Source: Vulcanimicrobiota bacterium (GTDB lineage: Bacteria; Vulcanimicrobiota; Vulcanimicrobiia; Vulcanimicrobiales; Vulcanimicrobiaceae). From it: a stretch of 37,148 nt of DNA. The stretch spans positions 1 through 37,148 of the forward strand of contig PKZK01000196.1 of assembly GCA_003133025.1 (NCBI GenBank). Direction: 5' to 3'. Positions 8,389-17,345 of the stretch are shown here, piece after piece; within the stretch, counting starts at the first letter, position 1; each line of letters starts with the position of its first letter. Under the pieces are notes generated by a model. It did not search any database, was not told the DNA's origin, and saw only the letters and a program-made list of their open reading frames with translations. The translations under genes and the position numbers were made by a program.

Positions 8389-9884
8389 CGCGCGAGATCG
8401 GCCTTGAACCGGGCGCGTGCGGTGGGGTTGAGGTACACCATGTGGCCGGACTCGTAGAAGCCGTACGTGATGTGCTTCTGCAATGCCGGCACGAGGTTGA
8501 GGTGCGAGAGCGTGTAGACCGTCGCGTAGTAGGGCGTCGCAAAATCGTAGCGGCCGTTTGCCGAGAAGACGCGCAGGCCCGGATTTTGGGCCATCGTCGC
8601 GGCGAGATCGGGCGCGACGTTCGCCGGCGGATCTTGGCCGTCGTGGTGCATGTCCCACGGCGCGCCGAGCTGACCGCCGTATGCCGTCGGGCGATATTGC
8701 GACTCGGTCACGTAGTGCAACGTCTGCCGGACGTAGCGATTGAACGAGCCGACGAATACGCCATTGATGCCCACGTCGGAGGGATCCCACGACGGATCGG
8801 TAGCCGTGCCGTCGAGGTCGTACGTGATGAAGCGTCCGTCGTAGCGGCCCGCGATCTGGTCGCTGCCCCGCAGCAACTCCTTGAGAAAGCGATCGTACGG
8901 CACGCGCAAGTTGGAATCGCGCAGATAGCTTTCCGGCAAGCCGGTGTACCCGTGCAGCGTGCGCACGACGCGATCGAACTCGGCGCGGTCGAGATCCGCG
9001 CCCTGGGCCAAGGCGTGCGTGTATTCGCCCGCCGCAAAGCGCTCGACCTCGGCCAGAAAACCGTTGAGGTCGCGCCCGGCGCCTGCCGGCGCCTTGTGGT
9101 GATACCACGCGGTGGCGGCCATCGTGGGCAGATAGCCCACGAACGAATGATCGCCGCCGGCGATGGCCCCCCCGCCCAAACCGAAGTTGAGAATCGACGA
9201 GAGCAGCACGACGCCGTTGAGTTGCGTGCCGGCTTCTTGCAGTTGCGCGGCGAGCACGCAGTCGCGCGTGGTTCCGTAGCTTTCGCCGAATAGGAATTTC
9301 GGCGAGTTCCAGCGATCGAACGTGGTGTCGTAACGCTCGATGAATTGACGGAAAGCGCGCGCGTCTTGATCGACGCCCATGAAGTCCTTGGGCTTGCCCG
9401 CATCGAGCACGCGGCTGAAACCGGTGTTGGGCGCATCGACGAACACGAGGTCGCTCTTGTCGAGCAGCGTGTCCGCATTGTCGACGAGCTGGAACGGCGG
9501 CGGGCCGGTACCCGTGCCGTTCGGCGTCACCACGCGCACGGGCGCGAAGGAGCCCATGTGCAGCCAGACGCTCGAGCTGCCCGGGCCGCCGTTGTAGAAG
9601 AACGTCACCGGCCGGCGACTGAGATTTGCACCGTCGGCGGTGTAGGCCACGTAGAATATCCGTGCCGTCAACGAACCCGCGTCGTCGTGGAGCGCGATCG
9701 TGCCGGCGCGCGCGGTGTAGGCGATCTGCTTGCCGCCGACGCGGATCGTGTGGTGCGTCACCGCATCGGGCACGGCCGGTTCGGGCTTGGGCGTCGCGCT
9801 CGGAGCCGCACTCGGCGCCGCGCCAAACATGGCAAACGCGGCGGCCAGGGCCAGGAAGCGCGAGAAAACGGTGTCGTGCTTCAT
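8361..9884 (-). CDS. Secreted serine carboxypeptidase, peptidase S10 family (copy 1)
   Basis: NGGPGSSS, FLFGESYGTTR (catalytic Ser), YDFATP (Asp), GHMVY (His); signal peptide. Confidence 0.92.
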   Translation of the reverse strand: MKHDTVFSRFLALAAAFAMFGAAPSAAPSATPKPEPAVPDAVTHHTIRVGGKQIAYTARAGTIALHDDAGSLTARIFYVAYTADGANLSRRPVTFFYNGGPGSSSVWLHMGSFAPVRVVTPNGTGTGPPPFQLVDNADTLLDKSDLVFVDAPNTGFSRVLDAGKPKDFMGVDQDARAFRQFIERYDTTFDRWNSPKFLFGESYGTTRDCVLAAQLQEAGTQLNGVVLLSSILNFGLGGGAIAGGDHSFVGYLPTMAATAWYHHKAPAGAGRDLNGFLAEVERFAAGEYTHALAQGADLDRAEFDRVVRTLHGYTGLPESYLRDSNLRVPYDRFLKELLRGSDQIAGRYDGRFITYDLDGTATDPSWDPSDVGINGVFVGSFNRYVRQTLHYVTESQYRPTAYGGQLGAPWDMHHDGQDPPANVAPDLAATMAQNPGLRVFSANGRYDFATPYYATVYTLSHLNLVPALQKHITYGFYESGHMVYLNPTARARFKADLARWYDEALSR

Positions 9885-9885
9885 C

Positions 9886-11352
9886 TTATCGTCCCTGCGC
9901 CGCATCGTACCAGCTCGAGAGGTCGCGCTTGAATTGCGCGAGCGCGGGCTCGCTCAAATACACCATGTGACCCGCCGGATAGAAGCCGAACGAGATGTTC
10001 TTCTGCAGTTCGGGCGCGATGTTGAGGTGCTTGAGCGTGTACACCGTCGCAAAGTAGGGCGTCGCAAAATCGTAGTACCCGTTGGCCGAGAATATCTTCA
10101 GGGCCGGATTCTGGGCCATCGTAGCCGACAGGTCGGGCGCGACGTTGGGATAGCCCCAACGGTTCGAGCGCATGTCCCAACTGCCGCCGTTTGCGTAAAT
10201 GATGCCGTAGACGTTGGTGCGATAGGTCAGGGGCGTATCGTACTTGAGGTCGTTGCGCAGGTAGGAATTGATCGCGGTCGTGTACGGCGCATCGATGGTG
10301 GCGTCGGTGGGATCCCAGCGCGGCTCGTCGGCGGTGCCGTCGATCGTCGTCGTTTCGTAACGCGAATCGAGCCGGCCGGTCACCTTGCCCTCGGAGCGCA
10401 ACAGTTCCACGCTCGAACGCGCGTAGTTGACGCGAATATTCGCCTCGCGGACGTACCGCTCGGAGAGGCCGAGATAGTATGCCAAGCGGCGTACGATAGC
10501 GTCCTTCTGCGCGCCCTGGAGCCGGTCGCCTTGCGAAAGCGCGTCGACGTAATCGTTCATGGCCCAGTGCTCGACGTCGCGCAGAAACGTGGGCAGGTCG
10601 GCCGGCTTGTTGGCGATCTTGCCGTGATACCACGCCGTCGCGGCCTGCGTCGGCAGGTTGAAGACGTAGGGCCAGTCGTTCCCGCCGATCGGATCGCCGT
10701 TGGCGTAGTCGAGCCCGAAGTTGAGGATCGACGAGAGCAGCACGATGCCGTTGAGCTGCACGCCCTGGCGTTGCAACACTGCGGAGAGCACCGCCGAACG
10801 CGTGGTGCCGTAACTTTCGCCGAAGAGAAACTTCGGCGAGTTCCAGCGGTTGAAACGCGTCAAGTAGCGCGTGATGAATTGCGCGAAGGCGTTCGCGTCT
10901 TGATCGATGCCGAAGAAATCTTTCGGTTGGCCGGCCTCGAGCAAGCGGCCGAAGCCGCTGGCGGGCATGTCGATGAACACCAGATCGCTCTTGTCGATGA
11001 GGCTGTATTGGTTGTCGACGATGCGAAACGGCGGCGGCCCTTGGGCCGTGCCGTCGGCGGCGATCACCCGCACGGGCCCGAACGAGCCCATGCGCAGCCA
11101 CATCGTGGAGCTGCCCGGACCGCCGTTGTAGATGAAGGTGACCGGCCGCGCCGTGCTCTCGCCGTCGACCGTGAAGGCCGTGTAGAAGATGCGCGCGGTG
11201 GGCTTTTCTTGCTCGTCGCGCAGCGTCAACGTGCCCGCGCGCGCGGTATAGGCGATGGGCCGGCCATCGACCGNNATGGGATGCGCGCTCTGGGCGAGCG
11301 TCGGCGCGCTTGCGAACGCCAGGAGCAACGAACAGGCGAAGAGCCTCTTCAC
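9886..11352 (-). CDS. Secreted serine carboxypeptidase, peptidase S10 family (copy 2; spans gap)
   Basis: Same triad motifs (GESYG, YDFATP, GHMVY). GTG 11352 with GGAGA SD and signal peptide; nn at 11274-11275. Confidence 0.9.
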   Translation of the reverse strand: MKRLFACSLLLAFASAPTLAQSAHPXXVDGRPIAYTARAGTLTLRDEQEKPTARIFYTAFTVDGESTARPVTFIYNGGPGSSTMWLRMGSFGPVRVIAADGTAQGPPPFRIVDNQYSLIDKSDLVFIDMPASGFGRLLEAGQPKDFFGIDQDANAFAQFITRYLTRFNRWNSPKFLFGESYGTTRSAVLSAVLQRQGVQLNGIVLLSSILNFGLDYANGDPIGGNDWPYVFNLPTQAATAWYHGKIANKPADLPTFLRDVEHWAMNDYVDALSQGDRLQGAQKDAIVRRLAYYLGLSERYVREANIRVNYARSSVELLRSEGKVTGRLDSRYETTTIDGTADEPRWDPTDATIDAPYTTAINSYLRNDLKYDTPLTYRTNVYGIIYANGGSWDMRSNRWGYPNVAPDLSATMAQNPALKIFSANGYYDFATPYFATVYTLKHLNIAPELQKNISFGFYPAGHMVYLSEPALAQFKRDLSSWYDAAQGR

Positions 11353-11430
11353 GAAGAGCGGTTCTCCAATCAGATGCCGGCTGCGAGGTATACCGTACAT
11401 CGAGCCCGTGGCGGCGCGCTCCTTCACGGC

Positions 11431-11480
11431 GTAAGGCGCCTTACCGCACCGCCGGACCGGCCTCGGGCATGATGCACGTA
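11431..11480 (+). promoter_or_regulatory. Putative class II Crp-type leaderless promoter of the crp gene
   Basis: Perfect palindrome GTAAGGCGCCTTAC (11431-11444), 23 nt, CATGAT (11468-11473), 6 nt, ATG 11480. Confidence 0.65.
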
Positions 11481-12232
11481 TGGAATCGGAGATCGGCGGC
11501 CGGGCACCCGGCGGGCAGGCTTACGCGGGAGGCCCGCAAACGGACAGTTTCATGAACGACGGGCCTGAGCCGGGCGAGTCGAACAAGGTCTGGTATCTCA
11601 AACAGAACCGCTTATTCGAAGACGTGCCCGAGGACGAGGTCGAGCAGAACGAAGGCCTCTTCACCATGAAGACCTTCGCGCGCAAAGCCTTCATCTTCGA
11701 CGAGTCCGACCCGTCGCGAACGGTCTACATGGTCAAGCGCGGCGCCGTGCGCCTGGCCCGGCTCACCGAAGACGGCAAGGAAGTCACCGTGGCCGTGCTC
11801 GGCCGCGGCGACCTCTTCGGGGAAGAATCGATCTTCAGCGACCGGCCGCGCAGCACGTTTGCGGTGGCGCTCGACGACACGCTGATCTGCATGGCCCGCG
11901 CCGAGGACCTCTTCGCGCTGCTCGAATCGCAACCGAAAGTCGCTCTCAACGTCGCCAAGGTGATGAGCGAACGGCTCGTCGAGTTGCAATCCACGGTCGA
12001 AGATCTGGCGTACGCACGCTTGAGCGAACGTCTGATCAATCTCTTCAACCGGCTCGCGATCGAACACGGCCGGCCCGTAGAGGGCGGTGTGGAGATTACG
12101 ATCCGGCTCACGCACGCCGACCTCGCCTCGCTCGTAGGCAGCACGCGCGAGACGGTCTCGCTCGAACTGGCCCGCCTGATGCGCAGCGGCCGCTTGCGCC
12201 AGCGCGGCCACGCGGTGATCGTTCCGGCCTAG
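11480..12232 (+). CDS. Crp/Fnr family transcriptional regulator
   Basis: cNMP-type beta-roll (VKRGAVRL, GKEVTVAVLGRGDLFGE) and HTH LTHADLASLVGSTRETVS. Alternative start ATG 11552. Confidence 0.93.
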   Translation: MESEIGGRAPGGQAYAGGPQTDSFMNDGPEPGESNKVWYLKQNRLFEDVPEDEVEQNEGLFTMKTFARKAFIFDESDPSRTVYMVKRGAVRLARLTEDGKEVTVAVLGRGDLFGEESIFSDRPRSTFAVALDDTLICMARAEDLFALLESQPKVALNVAKVMSERLVELQSTVEDLAYARLSERLINLFNRLAIEHGRPVEGGVEITIRLTHADLASLVGSTRETVSLELARLMRSGRLRQRGHAVIVPA

Positions 12233-12693
12233 GAACGTTCGGCGACGAGCGCCCGGACGGTGCGCTCGAGCTCGGCGTCGTTGCCCTCGCCGACGTACGT
12301 GGCGCGCAGCTTTCCATGGCGATCGAAGACGAGTTGCGTGGGCCAGGCGTCGACGCCGTATGCCTTCCAGATGGCGAAGTCGTTGTCGATCACCACGGGC
12401 CAGGTGATGTTCTGTTCGTGCAAGGCCGCACGCACGTTGGCGCCGTCGCGTTCGTAGGGCGTCTCGGGCGCGTGAACGCCCACGATCGTGAGATCGGCCT
12501 CGGGGATCGCCGCTCGAAGCCGGCGCAGTTCCGGCGCGACGTGCTTGCAGTTGATGCAACCGAACGTGAAGACGTCGACGACGGCGACCCGGCCGGCGGT
12601 CGCCGGTGCGTGCGTGGCGTTGAGCCAGCCCGCGGTCGAGGAGATGACCGGCGCCAGCGTGGTCGCCGCGGCCAGCAATAAAGCGTGCAACAT
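12229..12693 (-). CDS. Exported TlpA/DipZ-like thioredoxin (redoxin)
   Basis: WLN, DVFTFGCINC (CxxC), VGVHAPE, WPVVIDND, AWPT, GEG; short signal peptide. Confidence 0.88.
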   Translation of the reverse strand: MLHALLLAAATTLAPVISSTAGWLNATHAPATAGRVAVVDVFTFGCINCKHVAPELRRLRAAIPEADLTIVGVHAPETPYERDGANVRAALHEQNITWPVVIDNDFAIWKAYGVDAWPTQLVFDRHGKLRATYVGEGNDAELERTVRALVAERS

Positions 12694-12744
12694 ACGGCGA
12701 TCATAAACGAATCGAGGCGGCCCCGCCCGTAAGCCGCATTACGG
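12693..12744 (-). promoter_or_regulatory. Putative class II Crp-type leaderless promoter of the redoxin gene
   Basis: CCGTAA-N6-TTACGG (12727-12744), 23 nt from the TTAC, TATGAT (12705-12700), 6 nt, ATG 12693. Same geometry as the crp promoter. Confidence 0.7.
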
Positions 12745-12791
12745 ACCGGGCGCCCTGAAGGCGGCGACGGGCTGCCAACGAAGCACTCGCC

Positions 12792-13169
12792 GTGAACAAA
12801 ATCGGCGTTTCCGTTCTGTGCCTGACGACGCTTCTGCTCGGCGCGTGCCACGGCAGCACGACATCGTCGACGCCGCAGACGAACCCGGCGTCGACGACGG
12901 TGCTCTTCGAGACGCCGACCGGCACACCGGCCGCCGGGCTCGTGGTGACGCTCTCGACGGGCATCGCCGGAGGCAACACGCCCACGGGCGTGATCACCAC
13001 CAACACAACCGACTCGTCGGGCCAGGTTACGTTCAGCGGCTTGCCCGCGTCGGACACGCTCTGCGTCAGCGCGACGTTGAGCGTGCCGCCGAGCGGCTCG
13101 CTGTTCAAGGGCGATTGTTTCTTTCCGTTCCCCTCGACGCTTACACTCGAATTTCAAGCGACGCAATAA
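12792..13169 (+). CDS. Small lipoprotein with Thr-rich, prealbumin/Cna-like beta-sandwich
   Basis: Lipobox LLGAC; TTDSSGQVTFSGLP pattern typical of carboxypeptidase-regulatory/Ig-like domains. Confidence 0.7.
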   Translation: MNKIGVSVLCLTTLLLGACHGSTTSSTPQTNPASTTVLFETPTGTPAAGLVVTLSTGIAGGNTPTGVITTNTTDSSGQVTFSGLPASDTLCVSATLSVPPSGSLFKGDCFFPFPSTLTLEFQATQ

Positions 13170-13351
13170 CGTCTCTTGAAATAATTACATACTTGAAGCA
13201 CCGCGCGTTTGCGTAGCGCTATTGTGCGATGCAAAATGCCGAGTGAGTTCGCGCACGGAAAATCACGGACCCAATCCAGCAATCTACCATCGTCGTTTCG
13301 CGGTTAGACCCTCTAAGGGCACTCTAATCTCTCCAAGGACGGAGGCGAATC

Positions 13352-13825
13352 ATGCGTCCCATCCCCTCGTCAGTGAAGCTACTCTCTTCTCTCGTCGTAG
13401 CGTCCATGTTGGCCGCGTGTAGCGGCGCCGGAGGCAGTAACCAAGCCGGCGGCGTCATGCCGAACGGCGTCAGCCAGAGTTCCGTTTCGCACGTCGCGCC
13501 GCCGAGCGAGCCCGTGCAAGCGCAAGACGAAATCCGCGACGCGAGCTGCAAGTCGAACGGAAAAATGTCGGTCACTCCCTGCGCCGTGACCTTCACGCTT
13601 CTCGATTTCAACGCAGTCACGGTGTACGTCAAGGCGCCCAATAAGCAAGACATCAACGAGAGCAACAATTGCACGTCCGCCGGAATCGCTTCGATCAGCG
13701 GTGGCGACGGCGTGTTTACCGTGACGCCGGGCTTGCTCCCGGGCACCTGCACGGTACGGTTCACCGAGAAGAACAAAAAGGGCAAACAAGAGTCGGCGAC
13801 GCTCAGCGTCACCAACGATAACTAG
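13352..13825 (+). CDS. Hypothetical lipoprotein with Ig-like, Cys-containing C-terminal domain
   Basis: GGAGG SD, lipobox LAAC, four further Cys, PGTCTVRF. Confidence 0.75.
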   Translation: MRPIPSSVKLLSSLVVASMLAACSGAGGSNQAGGVMPNGVSQSSVSHVAPPSEPVQAQDEIRDASCKSNGKMSVTPCAVTFTLLDFNAVTVYVKAPNKQDINESNNCTSAGIASISGGDGVFTVTPGLLPGTCTVRFTEKNKKGKQESATLSVTNDN

Positions 13826-13843
13826 GAGTCAACTCCGGCTTGG

Positions 13844-13910
13844 ATACGCGGGCGAGATCGCGCTGGGGCGATCCGCCCGCGTATGAGCGTCGAACGGGGA
13901 TAGCCGTTCG
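13844..13910. repeat. Intergenic inverted repeats (17-bp stem with 1-nt bulge; 7-bp stem)
   Basis: ATACGCGGGCG-A-GATCGC-gctggg-GCGATC-CGCCCGCGTAT (13844-13884) and CGAACGG-ggatag-CCGTTCG (13891-13910). Confidence 0.75.
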
Positions 13911-13967
13911 TCTCGGCGTAGTCTGAAGGGCTAGCAGACCCTCGGCCGACTCGAACGGAGCCACCCC

Positions 13968-15227
13968 TTGCATAGTCGTCGGGACTTACCACGAACGGCA
14001 CGCCTCGATCTCGCGGTCGGGGCCCTTGCATTCTCCCTGGCGGCCGTTTTGTCTGCGAGCCGGCCGCTGCCCGCGCAAGCTTCGAGCACCGGGTTGCTCA
14101 CCCGTCCTCTGAAATCGTCGATGGGCATTACCGTCCTGTATTCGTTTGCCGGCCAGCCCGATGGGTCGACGCCGTATTCCGGCGTAACGTTGGATAAGAA
14201 AGGCGACATATTCGGGACGACGTTCGCGGGCGGTCAGAATTCGGTCGGCACCGTCTTCGAATTGACCCGCGCGGGATCGGGATATTCAGAGCGGCTGGTT
14301 CATAGTTTTACCGGGACCGACGGAAGCAGCCCCGTCGCCAACCCGCTGATCGCAAGCGACGGACGCATCTACGTCACCAGCATCGCGGGCGGACAGTACG
14401 GCGCTGGAACGGCCATCGAATTGGCGCCGTCCGGCGGACAGTATTCCGAGATGACGGCATATTCGTTCGGCAGCGGCTCCGACGGTGCTTCGCCCAATTC
14501 CGGTTTTCTGCAAGTGGGCTCGACCCTTTACGCGACGACCGCCTCAGGCGGGAAGTACGGATATGGGGCGATCGTCGCGATGGACACGACAAATTTTGCC
14601 GAGAGCGACGTCTACGATTTCAAAGACGGCAGCGACGGCGCGTTTCCGCTCTCGGGTCTGATCCCGGATTCGAGCGGCGCCTTGTACGGAACGACGGTCG
14701 GCGGCGGATCTGCAGGCAAGGGGACCGTGTACAAGTTCGTTCCCGCAAAGGGCGGAGGCGCGGAGACCGTGCTCTGGAGCTTCCAAGGCTCGAGCGACGG
14801 CACCGGCCCGAACGGCGGGGTTGTGATCGACTCGAGCGGCGATATCTACGGCACCACGCCGACGGGCGGGAACAGCAATAGCGGCGTGGTCTTCGAACTC
14901 AAGCCCGGCAAGGGCGGCTACCAAGAGACCATCCTGCACGCGTTCGCGGGCGGTGCGGACGGTGCCCAGCCCGTCGCCGGGCTCACCTTGAGCGGCAAGC
15001 TCTTGTACGGCGCCACCTCTTCGGGAAGCGGGAGCCTCTGCGTCGGTTGCGGCACGCTCTTTCGAATGAAAACTGCCGGCACGGGTTACGAAGTTTTGCA
15101 CACGTTCCAAGGTGCCGAAGGAGCTAACCCGCTCGGTAATCTCTACGTCACGGGCTCGTCGATCTACGGCACCACGTCTACCGGCGGGGCGAATAATGTG
15201 GGTGTCGTCTTCAAGTTCGAGATCTAG
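13968..15227 (+). CDS. Secreted choice-of-anchor GloVer-type tandem-repeat protein (7-bladed beta-propeller)
   Basis: Seven repeats of L(Y/H)SF.G..DG..P...L..D..G.LYGTT..GG....G.VF.L; signal peptide. Start uncertain. Confidence 0.85.
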   Translation: MHSRRDLPRTARLDLAVGALAFSLAAVLSASRPLPAQASSTGLLTRPLKSSMGITVLYSFAGQPDGSTPYSGVTLDKKGDIFGTTFAGGQNSVGTVFELTRAGSGYSERLVHSFTGTDGSSPVANPLIASDGRIYVTSIAGGQYGAGTAIELAPSGGQYSEMTAYSFGSGSDGASPNSGFLQVGSTLYATTASGGKYGYGAIVAMDTTNFAESDVYDFKDGSDGAFPLSGLIPDSSGALYGTTVGGGSAGKGTVYKFVPAKGGGAETVLWSFQGSSDGTGPNGGVVIDSSGDIYGTTPTGGNSNSGVVFELKPGKGGYQETILHAFAGGADGAQPVAGLTLSGKLLYGATSSGSGSLCVGCGTLFRMKTAGTGYEVLHTFQGAEGANPLGNLYVTGSSIYGTTSTGGANNVGVVFKFEI

Positions 15228-15236
15228 CCGGACCCG

Positions 15237-17345
15237 ATGAGCCGGGCGATTCGGGACGGGAAGCACCATCGGGCCTGCAATCTGTGCGAGGCTATTTGCG
15301 GCTTGACGATCACCGTCGAAGACGGGCGCGTGACCGACCTGCGCGGCGATCCGCTCGATCCGCTCTCGCGCGGCGCGATCTGCCCGAAGGGCACGGCGCT
15401 GCTCGATCTCTATGCCGACCCCGACCGCTTGCGCACGCCGATCCGCCGCGACGGCGCGGCGTGGGCGCCGATCGAGTGGGATGCCGCCTTCGATCTCGCG
15501 GTCGATCGGTTGCGCGAGATCGCGCGCGTGCACGGTAACGATGCGATCGCGGTGTATCTCGGCAATCCGACGGCGCATAACAGCGGCACGCTGCTGAGCA
15601 TGGGCGGTTTTCTCAACGCGCTGCAAACCAAGAACCGGTACAGCGCGACGAGCGTCGATCAGCTTCCGAGCCACGTCGCCGCGCTCGAAATGTTCGGACA
15701 CCCGGCGCTCATTCCGGTGCCCGACGTCGATCGAACCGACTACTTTCTGATCATGGGCGCCAACCCGCTGGTCTCCAACGGAAGCCTGATGACCGCGCCC
15801 GGCATGCGCACGCGCTTGCGCGAAATTCGCGAGCGCGGCGGCCGCGTCGTCGTGCTCGACCCGCGCCGGACGGAAACCGCCGCGGTCGCCGACGAGCACG
15901 TCTTCGTGCGCCCGGGCAGCGACGCAGCGTTGCTCTTAGCATTGCTCGACACGATCTTTTCGGAGGATCTCGTCCGGCTCGGCCGGCTCGAGCCGGTTTT
16001 CCGAAAACTGGACGTGCTCCGCGAAGCGGCGCGCGCTTTTCCCGCCGAGCGCGTCGCCGCGTTCACCGGCGTTGCCGCCGATACGATCAGGCGCATCGCG
16101 CGTGAGTTCGCCGCCGCGCGCCGGCCCGTCGCCTACGGTCGAATCGGCCTCTCCACACAAGCCTTCGGCGGCCTCTGTCAGTGGCTGGTGCTCGCGCTCA
16201 ACGCCGTCTGCGGACGGCTCGACGCCGAAGGCGGCATGATGTGGCCGCAGCCCGCATTCGATCTGATCCTCGGCGCGAAAGCCGGCGAAGCGCACTCGGG
16301 CCGCTGGCACTCGCGCGTTCGCGGCCTACCCGAAATTTACAACGAGCTTCCCGTCGCCGCGTTGATCGAAGAGATGCAAACCCCGGGCGAGGGCCAGATC
16401 CGCGCGCTGGTCACGGTGGCCGGGAATCCGGTGCTCTCCACGCCCAACGGCGGCCTGCTGGATCGCGTGTTGCCCGGCCTCGACTTCATGCTCTGCATCG
16501 ATCCGTACGTCAACGAGACGACGCGCCATGCCGACCTCATTCTGCCGCCGGCGCACGGGTTGGAGACCGAGCATTACGACGTCATCTTCCACCAGTTCGC
16601 CGTGCGGAATACGGCGCGGTACAGCGAGCCGGTGTTCGCCATCGACGAATCCCAGCGGTTCGACTGGCAGATTTTCGGCGCCCTGCGCGAACGGCTGACG
16701 GGAAAACGCGGCGCGACCCCGCGCGAACGGCTCGACACCGGTTTGCGCTACGGTGCGTATCGCACGAGCCTCGAGGCGGTGCGCGCGCACGAGCACGGCG
16801 TCGATTTCGGACCGCTCGCGCCGTGCATGCCCGAGCGTTTGCTCACCGGGGATGCCCGCATCGATCTCGCGCCCGCAACGTTCGTCGCCGACTTGAAGCG
16901 CCTCGATGCAGCGCTCGCGGAGCCCGTGCCCGAACTCGCCTTGATCGGGCGGCGTCAGTTGCGCGGCAACAATTCTTGGATGCACAATGCCCCGCGACTC
17001 ATGCGCGGCCCCGATCGCTGCACGTTGCAGATCGGCATCGCCGACGCCGCGGCGCGCGGCATCTCGAGCGGCGACGTGGTCGAGGTGGCGAGCGACGCTG
17101 GAGAGATCGCGGTGCTCGCCGAGGTCACCCCGGATCTGATGCCCGGGGTCGTCAGCCTACCGCACGGCTTCGGCCACGGCAACGCGGCCGTGCTCTTGAG
17201 CGTCGCCCACGATCGGCCCGGCGCGAGCTACAACGACCTGACCGACTCCACGCGCATCGACGAACTGACCGGCAACGCGGCTCTCTGCGGCGTGCCGGTC
17301 AGCGTGCGACTGCGCCGCGAAGCCGAGGTCGCGGCGGTTTCCTGA
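15237..17345 (+). CDS. Molybdopterin (bis-MGD) oxidoreductase, DMSO-reductase superfamily, uncharacterised clade
   Basis: CNLCEAIC...CPKG 4Fe-4S motif, MGANPLVSNGS, DPRRTETA, NETTRHAD, NSWMHN, PGVVSLPHGFG. Confidence 0.9.
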   Translation: MSRAIRDGKHHRACNLCEAICGLTITVEDGRVTDLRGDPLDPLSRGAICPKGTALLDLYADPDRLRTPIRRDGAAWAPIEWDAAFDLAVDRLREIARVHGNDAIAVYLGNPTAHNSGTLLSMGGFLNALQTKNRYSATSVDQLPSHVAALEMFGHPALIPVPDVDRTDYFLIMGANPLVSNGSLMTAPGMRTRLREIRERGGRVVVLDPRRTETAAVADEHVFVRPGSDAALLLALLDTIFSEDLVRLGRLEPVFRKLDVLREAARAFPAERVAAFTGVAADTIRRIAREFAAARRPVAYGRIGLSTQAFGGLCQWLVLALNAVCGRLDAEGGMMWPQPAFDLILGAKAGEAHSGRWHSRVRGLPEIYNELPVAALIEEMQTPGEGQIRALVTVAGNPVLSTPNGGLLDRVLPGLDFMLCIDPYVNETTRHADLILPPAHGLETEHYDVIFHQFAVRNTARYSEPVFAIDESQRFDWQIFGALRERLTGKRGATPRERLDTGLRYGAYRTSLEAVRAHEHGVDFGPLAPCMPERLLTGDARIDLAPATFVADLKRLDAALAEPVPELALIGRRQLRGNNSWMHNAPRLMRGPDRCTLQIGIADAAARGISSGDVVEVASDAGEIAVLAEVTPDLMPGVVSLPHGFGHGNAAVLLSVAHDRPGASYNDLTDSTRIDELTGNAALCGVPVSVRLRREAEVAAVS

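Noticed and set aside
7192..9108. 638-aa ORF as a long CoA-transferase
   Set aside because: The upstream part overlaps the S10 gene out of frame; similarity starts at GPLAGVRVLD.
9730..11472. Long antisense ORFs (e.g. 9730-11472, 24015-25703, 14544-15899, 2095-3339)
   Set aside because: Typical stop-poor antisense frames of high-GC genes; no recognisable motifs.
13944..13960. tRNA T-arm-like CCG-TTCGAGT-CGG on the minus strand
   Set aside because: Only a 3-bp stem; no acceptor, D or anticodon arms.
14100..15227. Periodic nucleotide similarity that might be a CRISPR or repeat array
   Set aside because: Explained by the seven coding propeller repeats; no identical repeats with unique spacers anywhere in the window.
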